Part shown: positions 1-10,390 of the stretch, piece after piece
How positions within the stretch are numbered: position 1 is the first letter of the stretch
Layout of the letters: each line of letters starts with the position of its first letter
DNA from: Candidatus Poribacteria bacterium
GTDB taxonomy: Bacteria > Poribacteria > WGA-4E > WGA-3G
Length of the DNA: 64,000 bases
NCBI GenBank assembly: GCA_965214045.1
Contig: OZ243935.1
Location: 2,794,904-2,858,903 of the forward strand
Direction of reading: 5' to 3'
Notes under the pieces: generated by a model
The model's database searches: none
What the model saw: the letters and a program-made list of their open reading frames with translations, nothing else
What the model was told of the DNA's origin: nothing
Program-made: the position numbers and the translations under genes

Positions 1-129
1 TCGTGATAAAATTACTGATAGCAACACGCCAACCGAAAACCAAGTTCGGAATAAAATGGAGAACGGCTTGAACACGAAAACCGTTAAATTCACAGAACCT
101 ATGACTTATCCGTAAGGTAAATTAAAAAA

Positions 130-885
130 ATGGCATCCGAAAAGACAGGTTTGACTCCTGCACAAAAAACGTTTTATCAAGAAAATGGGTATCTCGTTCT
201 TGAAAGTGTCTTCTCACAAGTAGAGTGTCAACGTTTTGTTGAGCACATGGAAGACCTTCACACAGGACGTAAGCAGCTCGAAGGGTTCTTCCAGCAGGAT
301 AAATACGGGTCTCGAACCTTTAATCAGCATCTCTACGACCCCTTCGTATTGGATCTGCTAATCCATCCTCGCTTACATAAGCCACTCGCGGACTGTTTCG
401 GTGGCGAGCCGGAAGGCATTCAAACGATGCATTTTTATGAGGGATCGGAGCATCCGCTGCATCAAGACCAGTATTATCTACCCGATTGTATGTCGGCATG
501 GATGGCAATGGTAAGTGTTGATGAAAACAATGGACCGCTGATCGTCCAGCCCGGTTCCAATAGAGGTAGATTGATTACGAAAAGTGATGTGCCTATGGCG
601 TTGCTCCCTGGGGAAACATACGAGTTGCAACAACACAACCGCTATTTCCCAACCGTCAAACAGGTTTTCCTCGAAAATGGGACTGACGCGGTTCAGGTTA
701 TGGTCAACGCTGGAGATGTAATCCTATTTGACGGAAAGTTAATCCACGGCGGCGCGCAGATTTTAAAGCCTGGAACACGTAGGCACGCGTTGGCATGCCA
801 TTATATCCCTTACGCCTCCGAAAACTGGGAACGCGATTGGCCCAGATTCTCATTCAATGGCAGTCGTCGGGTTCATTATCATTGA
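130..885 (+). CDS. Phytanoyl-CoA dioxygenase (PhyH) family Fe(II)/2-oxoglutarate oxygenase
   Basis: 251-aa ORF with the PhyH-like fold pattern (FYQENGYLVLESV..., HQDQYY, H-x-D...H arrangement). Recognised by eye. Confidence 0.65.
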   Translation: MASEKTGLTPAQKTFYQENGYLVLESVFSQVECQRFVEHMEDLHTGRKQLEGFFQQDKYGSRTFNQHLYDPFVLDLLIHPRLHKPLADCFGGEPEGIQTMHFYEGSEHPLHQDQYYLPDCMSAWMAMVSVDENNGPLIVQPGSNRGRLITKSDVPMALLPGETYELQQHNRYFPTVKQVFLENGTDAVQVMVNAGDVILFDGKLIHGGAQILKPGTRRHALACHYIPYASENWERDWPRFSFNGSRRVHYH

Positions 886-1047
886 CCCAAGTTACCACCT
901 TTTCTTAAGTTTAGTCTGCTCCTTGATCTATTGGGCATAAGAAGACATAAATATTGAAGAAAATGTTGTGATGAATATAATGGTCTCTGTATGGTTTTTG
1001 ATTGCGTAACAGTTTAGTTTTTTAATTTAAAATAGGGAGAAAAGATA

Positions 1048-3672
1048 ATGCGATGCCAATTGATTTTTGGGATCTGTTTAATTCTAATGGGTGCTTATTG
1101 CTTTTCGGTATCTGCTCAGGAAGCGGCACAACCCGCAAAATCTGCGACGCAGGAAGCACCCGCAAAAAAGAAAAAAGAGTTTGAAGATTTTGCTAAAGTT
1201 ACTGAGGACAGTAAAAGCTACGAGGGCTTTTTCAAATTATACCAGAAAAAAGAGAACCTCTATTGCGAAATTCAACCCTCCCAATTGGACAAACCGTTTC
1301 TCTGCATGATGAGCGTTGCGCGCGGCATGGGGGAAGGGCGTCTACTTTCAGGGATGACGCTGGAAGAGTGGATGCTCGTCTGGCGGCGTGTCGGTGATAG
1401 GGTACATCTGGTGCGAAAAAATGTGCGTTTCCGTGCTGATAAAGGGACACCGATTGCAGAAGCGGTTGACTTGGGGCACAACGACTCCGTGCTGTTTTCG
1501 CTCAAGATTGAAAGCATCCATCCGCAACGGAAGAGTGTGCTGGTGAACATCTCTCCCGTTTTTATATCCGACCTGCCGCCGCTGGCACGCAGGATTGCCC
1601 CTGATGCCCGCTTCGACAAAACGCGTAGCACGTGGGGAGCGGTCAAGGCGTTTCCGAAAAACGTTGAGTTGAAAGTCAATGCTGTATACAGTTCAGAAAG
1701 GAGTATGAGCACCATTCCCGACAGTCGTGGTATCCAGTTGACCCTGCACTACAGTCTCGCGGGACTTCCAGAAAACAATTATCGTCCCCGATTGGCTGAT
1801 GATCGTCTCGGACATTTTATGACAGCGGTCAAAGACTATTCGTCTCGAACCAGCGATGCCCCTTTTATCCGGTATGTCAACCGCTGGCATTTGGAGAAAG
1901 CGGACAAAGATGCAAAATTCTCACCCCCAAAAGAACCGATCATCTTCTACATCGAAAAAACCGTGCCGCACCGCTACCGACCCTATGTCCGACAAGGGAT
2001 TCTGGAGTGGAACAAGGCGTTTAAAAAAATAGGATTTGCGGATGCCATTGAAGCACGTATTCAGCAAGACCATGAGGACTGGGACCCTGAAGATGCACGG
2101 TATAACACGATTCGTTGGATGGTTGGCGCAGGGTTCGCAATCGGTCCCTCTCGCGTGAACCCGTTGACGGGGCAAATCCTGGATGCCGATATCCTTATCG
2201 GTGAGAGTTGGATCCGGTACTGGCAACGAGAGTATATGACCTTCTTTGATGAAGTGGCGTATGAACGCGATCACCCGATGGACCACTCTTCACGATTCCA
2301 ATGTCAGATCGCCACCGGCTTGGCGCGACAGATGGGCTTTATGGCGAGCGTCTTGCAGGCGCGGGATTTGACTGACGAAGACGGCGAACTACCAGAGGAA
2401 TTCATTGGGCAGGCACTCAAGACTTTAACGATGCACGAAGTCGGACATACGTTGGGATTCCGCCACAACTTTAAAGCGAGCACGATTTTCTCTCTTGATG
2501 ACCTAAACAAAAAAAGGGACGAAGCTCTTATCGGTTCCGTTATGGAATACGATGCTGTGAATATCGCGCCTGAAGGTCAAGAACAAGGAGATTACTATAC
2601 AAAGACGATCGGACCCTGGGATTACTGGGTGGTCGAGTACGCCTATAAACCCATTGATGCCAGCAAACCCGAAGGTGAATTGAAAGCGTTAGGTGAAATC
2701 GCTTCCCGTGTTGCGACATCAGATCTCACTTATGGAACAGATGAGGATGCTTATGGGTACCGTTTCAGGGATCTGGATCCACTGGTAAATCGGTGGGATC
2801 TTGGTGATGACCCGCTCGCGTTTGCCAGGCAACGGCGTGAAGTCGTCGTAGGACTCTGGGATAAGATCGCCGACAAAGTTACGAAAGAGGGGATGGGCTA
2901 TCAGCGTGTCAGGCGCGCCTTCGGAAGTCTGCTGTTTGAACACGGCTTCACAATGTATCTCGCAAGCCGATATATTGGTGGACAGTATCACCATCGCGAT
3001 CACCGAGGCGATGAGAATGGTCGTCTCCCCTTCGTGCCTGTGCCAGCCGCAAAACAACGCGAGGCACTCCAATTCATCAAAGAGCATGCACTTTCGGATA
3101 AAGCCTTCAGTTTCTCGCCCGAATTACTCAATAGCTTGGCAATCACCCGTTGGAGTGATTGGGGCGGAGATAGTTGGAATTCCTTACGTTTCGATTATCC
3201 CGTGCATGATGTCATTCTCCGAAATCAAACCCTCATCTTGGAGCGGTTGCTTTATCCGTCGGTGCTGTCCCGCGTTCAAGACGCTGAACTGAAGTTCCCT
3301 AAGGGTGAAGATGCGTTCACACTGCCGGAACTCTTTTCAGGCATTACGGATGCGGTTTGGGTTGAACTCGAAAAGGATGCGGGTGCGAAGCAGTGGTCGA
3401 ACTCGGATGCGTTTATCTCCAGTTTCCGTCGCGGTTTACAGCGTGAACACCTGAAACAACTCATCAAACTGGTGTTGGAAGCTGACAGTGGCACACCTGA
3501 GGATGCCAGATCGCTTGCACGTCTCCACCTCGGACAAATCAGGAGTAAGATACAGCGCGCGCTTCAAAATGCCAGAGGCACTCTTGACGATTACAGTTTT
3601 GCGCACCTTGAAGAATCACAAATTCGAGTCGAGAAAGCGTTGGATGCCAGTTTCCGGGTCGAGAAACGTTAG
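1048..3672 (+). CDS. Secreted zinc-dependent metalloprotease (met-zincin, DUF5117/DUF4953-type)
   Basis: 874 aa. N-terminal signal peptide (MRCQLIFGICLILMGAYCFSVSAQE). HExxH-containing block HEVGHTLGFRHNF, typical of DUF4953 met-zincins. RBS GGGAGAAAAG upstream of the ATG. Confidence 0.65.
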   Translation: MRCQLIFGICLILMGAYCFSVSAQEAAQPAKSATQEAPAKKKKEFEDFAKVTEDSKSYEGFFKLYQKKENLYCEIQPSQLDKPFLCMMSVARGMGEGRLLSGMTLEEWMLVWRRVGDRVHLVRKNVRFRADKGTPIAEAVDLGHNDSVLFSLKIESIHPQRKSVLVNISPVFISDLPPLARRIAPDARFDKTRSTWGAVKAFPKNVELKVNAVYSSERSMSTIPDSRGIQLTLHYSLAGLPENNYRPRLADDRLGHFMTAVKDYSSRTSDAPFIRYVNRWHLEKADKDAKFSPPKEPIIFYIEKTVPHRYRPYVRQGILEWNKAFKKIGFADAIEARIQQDHEDWDPEDARYNTIRWMVGAGFAIGPSRVNPLTGQILDADILIGESWIRYWQREYMTFFDEVAYERDHPMDHSSRFQCQIATGLARQMGFMASVLQARDLTDEDGELPEEFIGQALKTLTMHEVGHTLGFRHNFKASTIFSLDDLNKKRDEALIGSVMEYDAVNIAPEGQEQGDYYTKTIGPWDYWVVEYAYKPIDASKPEGELKALGEIASRVATSDLTYGTDEDAYGYRFRDLDPLVNRWDLGDDPLAFARQRREVVVGLWDKIADKVTKEGMGYQRVRRAFGSLLFEHGFTMYLASRYIGGQYHHRDHRGDENGRLPFVPVPAAKQREALQFIKEHALSDKAFSFSPELLNSLAITRWSDWGGDSWNSLRFDYPVHDVILRNQTLILERLLYPSVLSRVQDAELKFPKGEDAFTLPELFSGITDAVWVELEKDAGAKQWSNSDAFISSFRRGLQREHLKQLIKLVLEADSGTPEDARSLARLHLGQIRSKIQRALQNARGTLDDYSFAHLEESQIRVEKALDASFRVEKR

Positions 3673-3680
3673 GAGAACAA

Positions 3681-4607
3681 ATGGAAATTTCCCAGTATAT
3701 ACCTGACATGCAAACACCGGTGCCCCAATTTTACAACCGTATGACCGTCAATGTCCCGCATTGCTATCCAGTAAGAGAGGAAGAATTTGCGATTGCAATG
3801 CACCGAATTACAGCCGACAAAGCCGATATAAAGGAGGATGGCCTCGATTCCGAAGCTGCCTTTATCGCGGTAGCGGACGGTGTTATACAGGCGTTTATTC
3901 ACGTTGGTATCAGTCGATCTGGAGAAAATAGGGAGCAAAAATTAGGTGTTATTCGGTTTTTCGCTTACGAACGCGGTGCCCGGCGCGCTGGACAAGCCGT
4001 ACTGGAAACGGCGGAGGCGTATCTGAAAACGTTTAACGTTTCCCAAATTTCCGCTTTCCCACAGGAATGTCAGTATCGTTTCTATCATTTTGAACACGCC
4101 TATCTATCGGATGCGCTCGATCAAGTTCAAGGGCTCCTCGGATTTAACGGATACCGACGTTCGAGTGGCGAGGTGTTTTTAGATTGGGAAGACTATTCCG
4201 TTACACCCATCCCTTCAAGCCTACCGGTAACGCTTTCTGTCGAGTGGAAGGACGGACGCGGACAATTCCCAAATTGCACTGTGCTCGCCCACCAAAACGG
4301 TGAACAGGTCGGTATCTGTGAATCTGTTTGCGGTGGGGAGTTCTCCAGCCACACGGATGCGCAAGCCTGGCTGCATACGACGTGGCTCGGTATTGAGGAC
4401 GATTTTCAGAGGCAAGGTTTAGGGCGTTACCTGCTCCAATACGCACTTCAAGAGATGAAGAAAATCGGATACCGGCACGCCGCGATTAGTACTGCTTGGG
4501 ATAACCACCGGGCGTTCCTCTTTTACAGCAACTGTGGGTATCGGACCGTAGATTGGACCTACGAATTCGTCAAAGATCTCTCCGAAGCACCGACACACAA
4601 GTGGTAG
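3681..4607 (+). CDS. GNAT-family N-acetyltransferase (two acyl-CoA N-acyltransferase-like halves)
   Basis: 308 aa. C-terminal Q/R-x-x-G-x-G/A motif QRQGLGRYLLQYALQEMKKIGYRHAAIS typical of GNAT motif A. Starts 9 bp after the metalloprotease stop. Confidence 0.5.
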   Translation: MEISQYIPDMQTPVPQFYNRMTVNVPHCYPVREEEFAIAMHRITADKADIKEDGLDSEAAFIAVADGVIQAFIHVGISRSGENREQKLGVIRFFAYERGARRAGQAVLETAEAYLKTFNVSQISAFPQECQYRFYHFEHAYLSDALDQVQGLLGFNGYRRSSGEVFLDWEDYSVTPIPSSLPVTLSVEWKDGRGQFPNCTVLAHQNGEQVGICESVCGGEFSSHTDAQAWLHTTWLGIEDDFQRQGLGRYLLQYALQEMKKIGYRHAAISTAWDNHRAFLFYSNCGYRTVDWTYEFVKDLSEAPTHKW

Positions 4608-4756
4608 TTTGTAATTCAGGCAATCAGCACGCCCTTAACCGCAGCATTTCATTCCCTGTTATCTGGAAGCGATGTCGTCCTCGGAGAGATTAAACATACC
4701 CAAGTATTCGTCAAACGATCTTCCCCAAGGGATAATGTCTTTGTAATGGAAATCCA

Positions 4757-5800
4757 TTATTGCGCAGTTCGGACATTTACTTCTTGCAGGACTGCAACTG
4801 CACGCTGTGCCAATTCGGTCGTGGCATCACGCTTGACTGATCGGTTTAAGTGTAGGATGGCGCGTTCGTCCCCACCTCTCGCCAGCTCCAACGCTTCCTC
4901 AAACCCTTTGTTCCCGTAACTGAGATCCCTTGGCAGGACAGTCAGGTCACGATCTTTCCAATAATACTTCAACGCATCGGATTCCCAATTGCGGTAGACG
5001 TGTTCCCACGTAAGGGAGTTGAAGATGTTCAAGTGCGGTTCAAGCATGTGCTCAGCAATCGGGGCATCGGCAGCCTGATAGCGGTTGTCCAACGACACAC
5101 GAAGTCGATCCTCGGTCAAATTCGGGAGTGCCTTGTGAATGGTCAACGCAGGGAAGATGAGCGTATCGCCAACCTCATAATTCGTGGAATGCCATTCACC
5201 CAACAACTCGTCCTCATTAACGCACAGACTCCCAGCACCGAGCGAAAAGTGATGCTCCATGACTTTGTTAATCTTATGCGAACCCGGTAGGACAGCCAGA
5301 CCTCCCAACTCAATTGGACAATCTCCGATGGGTGCCCAACACGTATAGGTCTGGAAATTCCCTTGAAAGTGGACGAAGTCTTGGTGTATCGGTGTGGTGT
5401 GCGCCGTGTACTTAGGAAACCAGAGACGCGCAATTTTCTGTGGATGCGGTAGCACCTCTCTACCGACAATTTTCTCCACCATATCGACGACTTCGTGCCA
5501 GTGTCCGGAACGGTGAAACGCTTCTAACTTATACACCTCATGGTATACGTCTGTGTATTCGGGGTCACCCTCGGTACACTGGGTAGATACATCAGCAATG
5601 CCGTCCATCGGGTCGGTCCCCGCGACGAGCCAACCGCCTTCCTGCATCGTCGTTAGCATTTCTCGCCGCAACGCCCAGAGTTTGTCGGGATCTTGCAGCC
5701 TCTTGAAGAAGACATACCCTTCTTCCGATATCCGGTGACGTAATTCTTCCGGATCATTCATCGCATCGTTGGATACGCGAAGTTCTTTTAATGCCTCCAT
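4757..5800 (-). CDS. Phytanoyl-CoA dioxygenase family protein
   Basis: 347 aa. HQDFVHFQG...LPGSHK...TIHKALPN pattern (2-His-1-carboxylate plus C-terminal His) of PhyH-type oxygenases. Confidence 0.55.
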   Translation of the reverse strand: MEALKELRVSNDAMNDPEELRHRISEEGYVFFKRLQDPDKLWALRREMLTTMQEGGWLVAGTDPMDGIADVSTQCTEGDPEYTDVYHEVYKLEAFHRSGHWHEVVDMVEKIVGREVLPHPQKIARLWFPKYTAHTTPIHQDFVHFQGNFQTYTCWAPIGDCPIELGGLAVLPGSHKINKVMEHHFSLGAGSLCVNEDELLGEWHSTNYEVGDTLIFPALTIHKALPNLTEDRLRVSLDNRYQAADAPIAEHMLEPHLNIFNSLTWEHVYRNWESDALKYYWKDRDLTVLPRDLSYGNKGFEEALELARGGDERAILHLNRSVKRDATTELAQRAVAVLQEVNVRTAQ

Positions 5801-5993
5801 CTGACTTTCTCCTTCGGTTTACTCATGTTTGAGACTCATTTTTTAGATTTTGTCCCTAACAAAGTGCCTCTTCAGTGTATCTATCTGTTATCATAACCCA
5901 AGTTGCCACTTTCAAATAAGCGAGGTTATTTTCATCAGGTTTTGGGTTCATCGGATTTCTATCAGTAATTAGGGTATAGAAATCAAGAGTTGT

Positions 5994-6086
5994 TTACTCC
6001 AAAGCCCCAGCGGGGTGACATGTGTGTAGAAACTCACCGAATCCCAGGCTTAAAGCCCCAGCGGGGCGATATGTGTATAGAAACTT
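5994..6086. repeat. Two tandem copies of a ~35-bp element AAAGCCCCAGCGGGG(Y)GA(Y)ATGTGTRTAGAAACT with a ~17-bp spacer. Core CCCC-AGC-GGGG is a hairpin.
   Basis: Copies at 6001-6034 and 6052-6085. Same family as the 4-copy array at 31309-31506. Intergenic between two minus-strand genes. Confidence 0.7.
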
Positions 6087-6141
6087 GCGTTATTATAGTA
6101 TAACACGGATATAACGAGAAATCAATTTTTTTAGATCGCGC

Positions 6142-6969
6142 CTACACCCTATTTTTCTCAAGCCAATCAACAGCAAAGTCAACTACGGCAGATTGCGGCA
6201 TCAGTTGGCAATTCGCGTTGCCGACCTTACCGTGCCGAACCACCTTTCCCGCATCAGACCGCACAAAATCTTCACCGATCCGATCAAAATCCGAAGCGTC
6301 TACATCGATATTATCAAAGGTTGTCCATGCGCTTGAACCCGCCTGCGAAATCGGGGCACCCTCTCGGACGATGCGTTTGGTTGGGAAGTCTGCCAGGTAT
6401 TCTGCGAGATGTATGGATGTATTGTTTGAGTGCCCAACGCCGAGGAGCAGAACAGAACCGTGCAAGTCATAGATTCTACCAAGTGGTGAGTTTTCACCAA
6501 AGCCGAATGCCAAGGCGTGGTTATCTGTAACATAAGAGGCTTCGGGTCCGCTTGCACAAAACGAATTCTGTGGATGCATGCTGCGAAGAACACCTTTTTG
6601 CCTTCGGAACGTTTCGACAATTTTGCCCATTGAACGGGTCGGTGTCAAATCGGGATCGTAGGCAGGCATCGTCTCCCGTATTATTTGCCACCACGACGCC
6701 GGCACGGGCGGATTCTCCCACTGACTCGGATCGCTGAGGTCAGTCGAGTGAGTCGGCATCACAAGCGTGCCAGTTTCCCCTAATACTTCCTGAAGTGCGA
6801 TAATAACGGCAACAGGACCACCACAGACCCATCCCATTGCACTCAAGGACGAATGAACAAGTAAGACCATCCCTTTTTCGATACCGAGTGCTTTAAAATC
6901 AGCCTGTAGCGACTCGACCGTGACAGGTGTTTCCGTTTTGTGAACTACTTGACCTTCAGGCATTATCAA
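6142..6969 (-). CDS. AAC(3)-family aminoglycoside 3-N-acetyltransferase-like protein
   Basis: 275 aa. LVHSSLSAMGWVCGGPVAVIIALQEVLGETGTLVMPTHS, LLLGVGHSNNTSIHLAEY and HGKVGNANCQL blocks match the Antibiotic_NAT (AAC(3)) fold pattern. Confidence 0.75.
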   Translation of the reverse strand: MIMPEGQVVHKTETPVTVESLQADFKALGIEKGMVLLVHSSLSAMGWVCGGPVAVIIALQEVLGETGTLVMPTHSTDLSDPSQWENPPVPASWWQIIRETMPAYDPDLTPTRSMGKIVETFRRQKGVLRSMHPQNSFCASGPEASYVTDNHALAFGFGENSPLGRIYDLHGSVLLLGVGHSNNTSIHLAEYLADFPTKRIVREGAPISQAGSSAWTTFDNIDVDASDFDRIGEDFVRSDAGKVVRHGKVGNANCQLMPQSAVVDFAVDWLEKNRV

Positions 6970-6976
6970 TCACCCT

Positions 6977-7849
6977 TTATTTCGTCCCTATCGCAAGAAT
7001 ATGCGCACTCATACCAAGGAGCGAAGGCTCTGTTTCGACTTTGCGAATCAGATCTAAAACGACAGAACGCAGATCCGGATCCGTCCAATAATTTTTAAAC
7101 GACTCAAAAAGCCATGCCGGTCCTTCCACAGCAAGTGTCGCCTGATGCTGAAAACCTGCTTCGATAACTTCGGAACCGAGTTCTTCCGGACGGTGAAGAT
7201 AGGCATCTGTAAAGTACTTGAGGGTGTCAGTGAGGTTACGATGGTAACCCGTTTCAAGGTCGTTTTGAACGATGTCTCTATGAACAGGATCCCTGAATCC
7301 TCCCTCAAAAAAACTGTCGAGTAGAGACGCAAAGCGTGAGATACCCGCGGCAACCATAACACCACCGTTTCGCAGGACACGATACGCTTCTTTGAGTGCC
7401 AACAACCGTTCACTTTTATCAATCAGATGATAGAGAGGTCCCAATAACAGAACGGTGTCCGCTGACATCGACGAAAAACGGAGTTCTCGTGCGTCGCCAA
7501 GCGATATGCTGGCGATCGGATGATCTATCTGTTGGTTTGAGGCTTCTTTCGCTTGTTCAATGTGTAAATCCACAGGATCTACGAGGTGGACCTCATAGCC
7601 TACTTTTGCTAACCAACAGGCATAGGGACCCGAACCGCCACCGATGTCCAAAACCACTGCCGGCGGTGGGGGCAAATAGCGTGTGGTGATCTCTTGGGTC
7701 CGTACAAATTCCAACTGACCTTCAGTATTAGTCGTAAGTCTTTCCGATTCTTGTGTCTGTCTATAGAATGAAAGAATCTCGTCTGAAGGTTGATACAATT
7801 TCTTATTCCTTCTGAAACCCATTATCGGGTCTGTTTCACCCATGCCCAC
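6977..7849 (-). CDS. Class I SAM-dependent methyltransferase
   Basis: 290 aa. Motif I VLDIGGGSGPYACWLAKVGYEVHLVDP. The start may be at an internal Met (overlaps the upstream gene by 28 nt as drawn). Confidence 0.6.
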   Translation of the reverse strand: MGMGETDPIMGFRRNKKLYQPSDEILSFYRQTQESERLTTNTEGQLEFVRTQEITTRYLPPPPAVVLDIGGGSGPYACWLAKVGYEVHLVDPVDLHIEQAKEASNQQIDHPIASISLGDARELRFSSMSADTVLLLGPLYHLIDKSERLLALKEAYRVLRNGGVMVAAGISRFASLLDSFFEGGFRDPVHRDIVQNDLETGYHRNLTDTLKYFTDAYLHRPEELGSEVIEAGFQHQATLAVEGPAWLFESFKNYWTDPDLRSVVLDLIRKVETEPSLLGMSAHILAIGTK

Positions 7850-8580
7850 GTAGTCGCCAGTTTATCTTCTGGGTCAACAGAAAGCGGTTCGAGATCTAAG
7901 ACGTTGGTAACATCAACGTAATTCGCCTTTCCAAACCCACCGTCACCATCGTTTCCGTTTTTGGTGTTATCGCTGGCATTGCCTTCATCGAAAGTGTAAT
8001 GTGCGTTTAAGCCCTGTTCATCGCCGTTGAGCACCTTCATCATGAACTCGTTGATTTCTTCTTCGGTCCGAGCGACTTCCCAGATACGGATTTCATCAAT
8101 CGACCCTGTACAAAACCAATTTTGACTATCACCGACACCGATATACAGTGAAGCGTCGGTTGCCGCTAATTCCTTTGCTCCAAAAGGTGCTGCACCCTTC
8201 TCTTCCCCATCAATATATGTTCGCATCTCTTTACCGTCCCAAACCCCAGCGACATGTTGCCATTTGTTGGGCTCCAATCCAGGGACATCAAGGATTTTTG
8301 TGCCAGGCCAGAGGACAAAACGTAATCCGTTTCCATTTTGGACAATCTCTGGAAAGATGTAATCCCTTTGACCGCCCCAGTCCTTTGCAAGACACTCACC
8401 GACGGGTTTGCTCATGTTCATCCATGCTTCTATCGTTATCGCTGTTTTCGGATTTAAGCTGTCACTGTTTGGGACTTCAATAGCCGTCGCCCCATCTAAC
8501 GCCAGTGCCATATTTTTCGCCCATAGTGTGCTGGGCACTGTCAGACTGATAACGAGGGTCATAAAAAATAAAACTCTCAT
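7822..8580 (-). CDS. Secreted LamG / concanavalin-A-like lectin domain protein with conserved C-terminal tail ...KLATTWAWVKQTR
   Basis: 252 aa. Signal peptide MRVLFFMTLVISLTVPSTLWA. LamG-like block (DEIRIWEVARTEEEINEF). C-terminal tail shared with 62249..63025 and 22503..25526. Confidence 0.5.
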   Translation of the reverse strand: MRVLFFMTLVISLTVPSTLWAKNMALALDGATAIEVPNSDSLNPKTAITIEAWMNMSKPVGECLAKDWGGQRDYIFPEIVQNGNGLRFVLWPGTKILDVPGLEPNKWQHVAGVWDGKEMRTYIDGEEKGAAPFGAKELAATDASLYIGVGDSQNWFCTGSIDEIRIWEVARTEEEINEFMMKVLNGDEQGLNAHYTFDEGNASDNTKNGNDGDGGFGKANYVDVTNVLDLEPLSVDPEDKLATTWAWVKQTR

Positions 8581-8629
8581 AGTTTTCCTCCTGAGTTGCC
8601 AATTTCATCGATTAGCAATTAGAAATTAT

Positions 8630-9400
8630 TTATTTCACTTCTAAGTTTGGTGTGCGTCCACCAAATATAGCATGTCCAGCCTTCATCCAGAACATATCAA
8701 CATTGGTGAACCCAGCCTGTTCAAGCCATTTGAGTTGATCAAATATCGACGATGGTTTGTCAATCGAATCTGGATCGGGTTTGGATTGTGCGTAATGATT
8801 CCAGCCGAGTTCACAGAAGTAATCATAACCGCGTAGATCCCCGTCCAGATCGAGTGAACGTTGACGCACCGATTCGTCCCATGTATCCGCCGCAAGCTTT
8901 TGTCCAAACCCATCCATGGGTTCAGTCAGATCGGCAATAATGAAACTTCCACCCGGTACGAGTATGGTTGCTATGTCTTTGAACAACGCTTGTTTTTCAG
9001 TATCGTCCAAATGATGGATTGCGAGAGACGATACGACAGCATGGACAGGAAAAGGGAACTCACGCCAATCACTTGCAGCTAAATCGAATTGCTTTGCCTT
9101 AAAACGATCTCCATAAGCGATGAGTGCCTTTTCTGTGTGCGCGATCATTGTCGACGAGCCGTCTAAACCGTAGACGTGGCATTCCGGAAATTTGTCTAAC
9201 AAAGCCCGCGTGAGAAGTCCTTCCCCGCAGCAGAGATCCAGAATATACACGGATTCCGATGGGGGCGGAATTACCTCGCACATACAATTAATTTGGATCT
9301 CCCGATCAGGAACGAAGTATTTTCCGTAGTCAATGAAATCTTGGGAATTTTCCTCTCCCCATTGAGGCGTGATGATTGAGTCTTGCATAAAATTTACCAT
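8630..9400 (-). CDS. Class I SAM-dependent methyltransferase
   Basis: 256 aa. Motif I VYILDLCCGEGLLTRALLDKFPECHVYGLDGS. Motif post-I/II present. Confidence 0.6.
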   Translation of the reverse strand: MVNFMQDSIITPQWGEENSQDFIDYGKYFVPDREIQINCMCEVIPPPSESVYILDLCCGEGLLTRALLDKFPECHVYGLDGSSTMIAHTEKALIAYGDRFKAKQFDLAASDWREFPFPVHAVVSSLAIHHLDDTEKQALFKDIATILVPGGSFIIADLTEPMDGFGQKLAADTWDESVRQRSLDLDGDLRGYDYFCELGWNHYAQSKPDPDSIDKPSSIFDQLKWLEQAGFTNVDMFWMKAGHAIFGGRTPNLEVK

Positions 9401-9436
9401 GCGATGTCACGCTGGTTTTCCGCGTTTCAGTTTTCT

Positions 9437-10327
9437 CTATGATGCCAGATCGTCAAGCATCTGGCGGATGTTGTGTTCGCCACTATCAATAAACAGAGGG
9501 GCTAAGGGACCTCTACCATGCAAAGTTTGAAGTAGGGCATCAATCTGTATCATACGCTGTTGCGGTGTGCGGCACCTGAGCCATTTTTTTACGAAGTCGC
9601 GCGCGGGTCTCGGATTGCCAGTTCTGAGTGAACGGGTGCTTTTACGCCATGCCTGCCATCTGAAGGTATATTGACAGTTCGGGCATTCGAGCTTTTCGTC
9701 CTTCTTTTTTAAACTTTTCCGGTAATCCCGCCACCTACGTTTGTAGCCGCAGACCGTGCACTCGATATTACCGTGCTGATGGAGGGCAATACCTTGACAT
9801 TTGGGGCAGTGCAATTCAGGGCTGCGTTGCCGATGTCTGACAGTTTGAACCGGAGGCTCCGGTCTGCGGACGAGATCAAAACAGTGAGGACACGGTAAGA
9901 GAACGCGGGTTCTCAGGGATTGTTTGTAAGCTTCCGGGGACCATGTTTTCCCACAGGCACATCGGAACATAACTTCTTTATGTAGAACAGCATGACAGTC
10001 GAAACATCGTGGGACGTTTCGGAGTGCCTGACGACAGTCGCGCCAAAGTAGTCGCTCAGCACAGTGTGGGCAGCGAAACCAGTGTTCGTGTGTGCCACCT
10101 TCGCCAGAACTGAAGAGTGGGTCAATCCGACGTGCCACCTTTGTGCTGCACTTCGGGCAAGGCACACGTCCCCCTCGGTAAACATCGGCGACTGTAGCGA
10201 TGTCCATACACCGGGCGTAGAGTTCCCAGCCGACATCGTGTAGCAACGTATCATCGTAGATACCGAGCCGAGCATACCGGTAGAGCCGACGAATTTTGAT
10301 GGGTTTTACACGAGGTGCCCAGTCCAT
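9437..10327 (-). CDS. Hypothetical cysteine-rich protein with about seven CxxC zinc-ribbon-like pairs
   Basis: 296 aa. CPKCS, CPHCAE, CFDCHA, CPHCFD, CPKCQG, CTVCGY, CPNCQY. I recognise no family. Confidence 0.3.
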   Translation of the reverse strand: MDWAPRVKPIKIRRLYRYARLGIYDDTLLHDVGWELYARCMDIATVADVYRGGRVPCPKCSTKVARRIDPLFSSGEGGTHEHWFRCPHCAERLLWRDCRQALRNVPRCFDCHAVLHKEVMFRCACGKTWSPEAYKQSLRTRVLLPCPHCFDLVRRPEPPVQTVRHRQRSPELHCPKCQGIALHQHGNIECTVCGYKRRWRDYRKSLKKKDEKLECPNCQYTFRWQAWRKSTRSLRTGNPRPARDFVKKWLRCRTPQQRMIQIDALLQTLHGRGPLAPLFIDSGEHNIRQMLDDLAS

Positions 10328-10390
10328 AGTATTTCCTTCATTTCCTTTTCTAAGACATTCCCTCTTGCCCTGAGATTCTCGGTAACCCGC

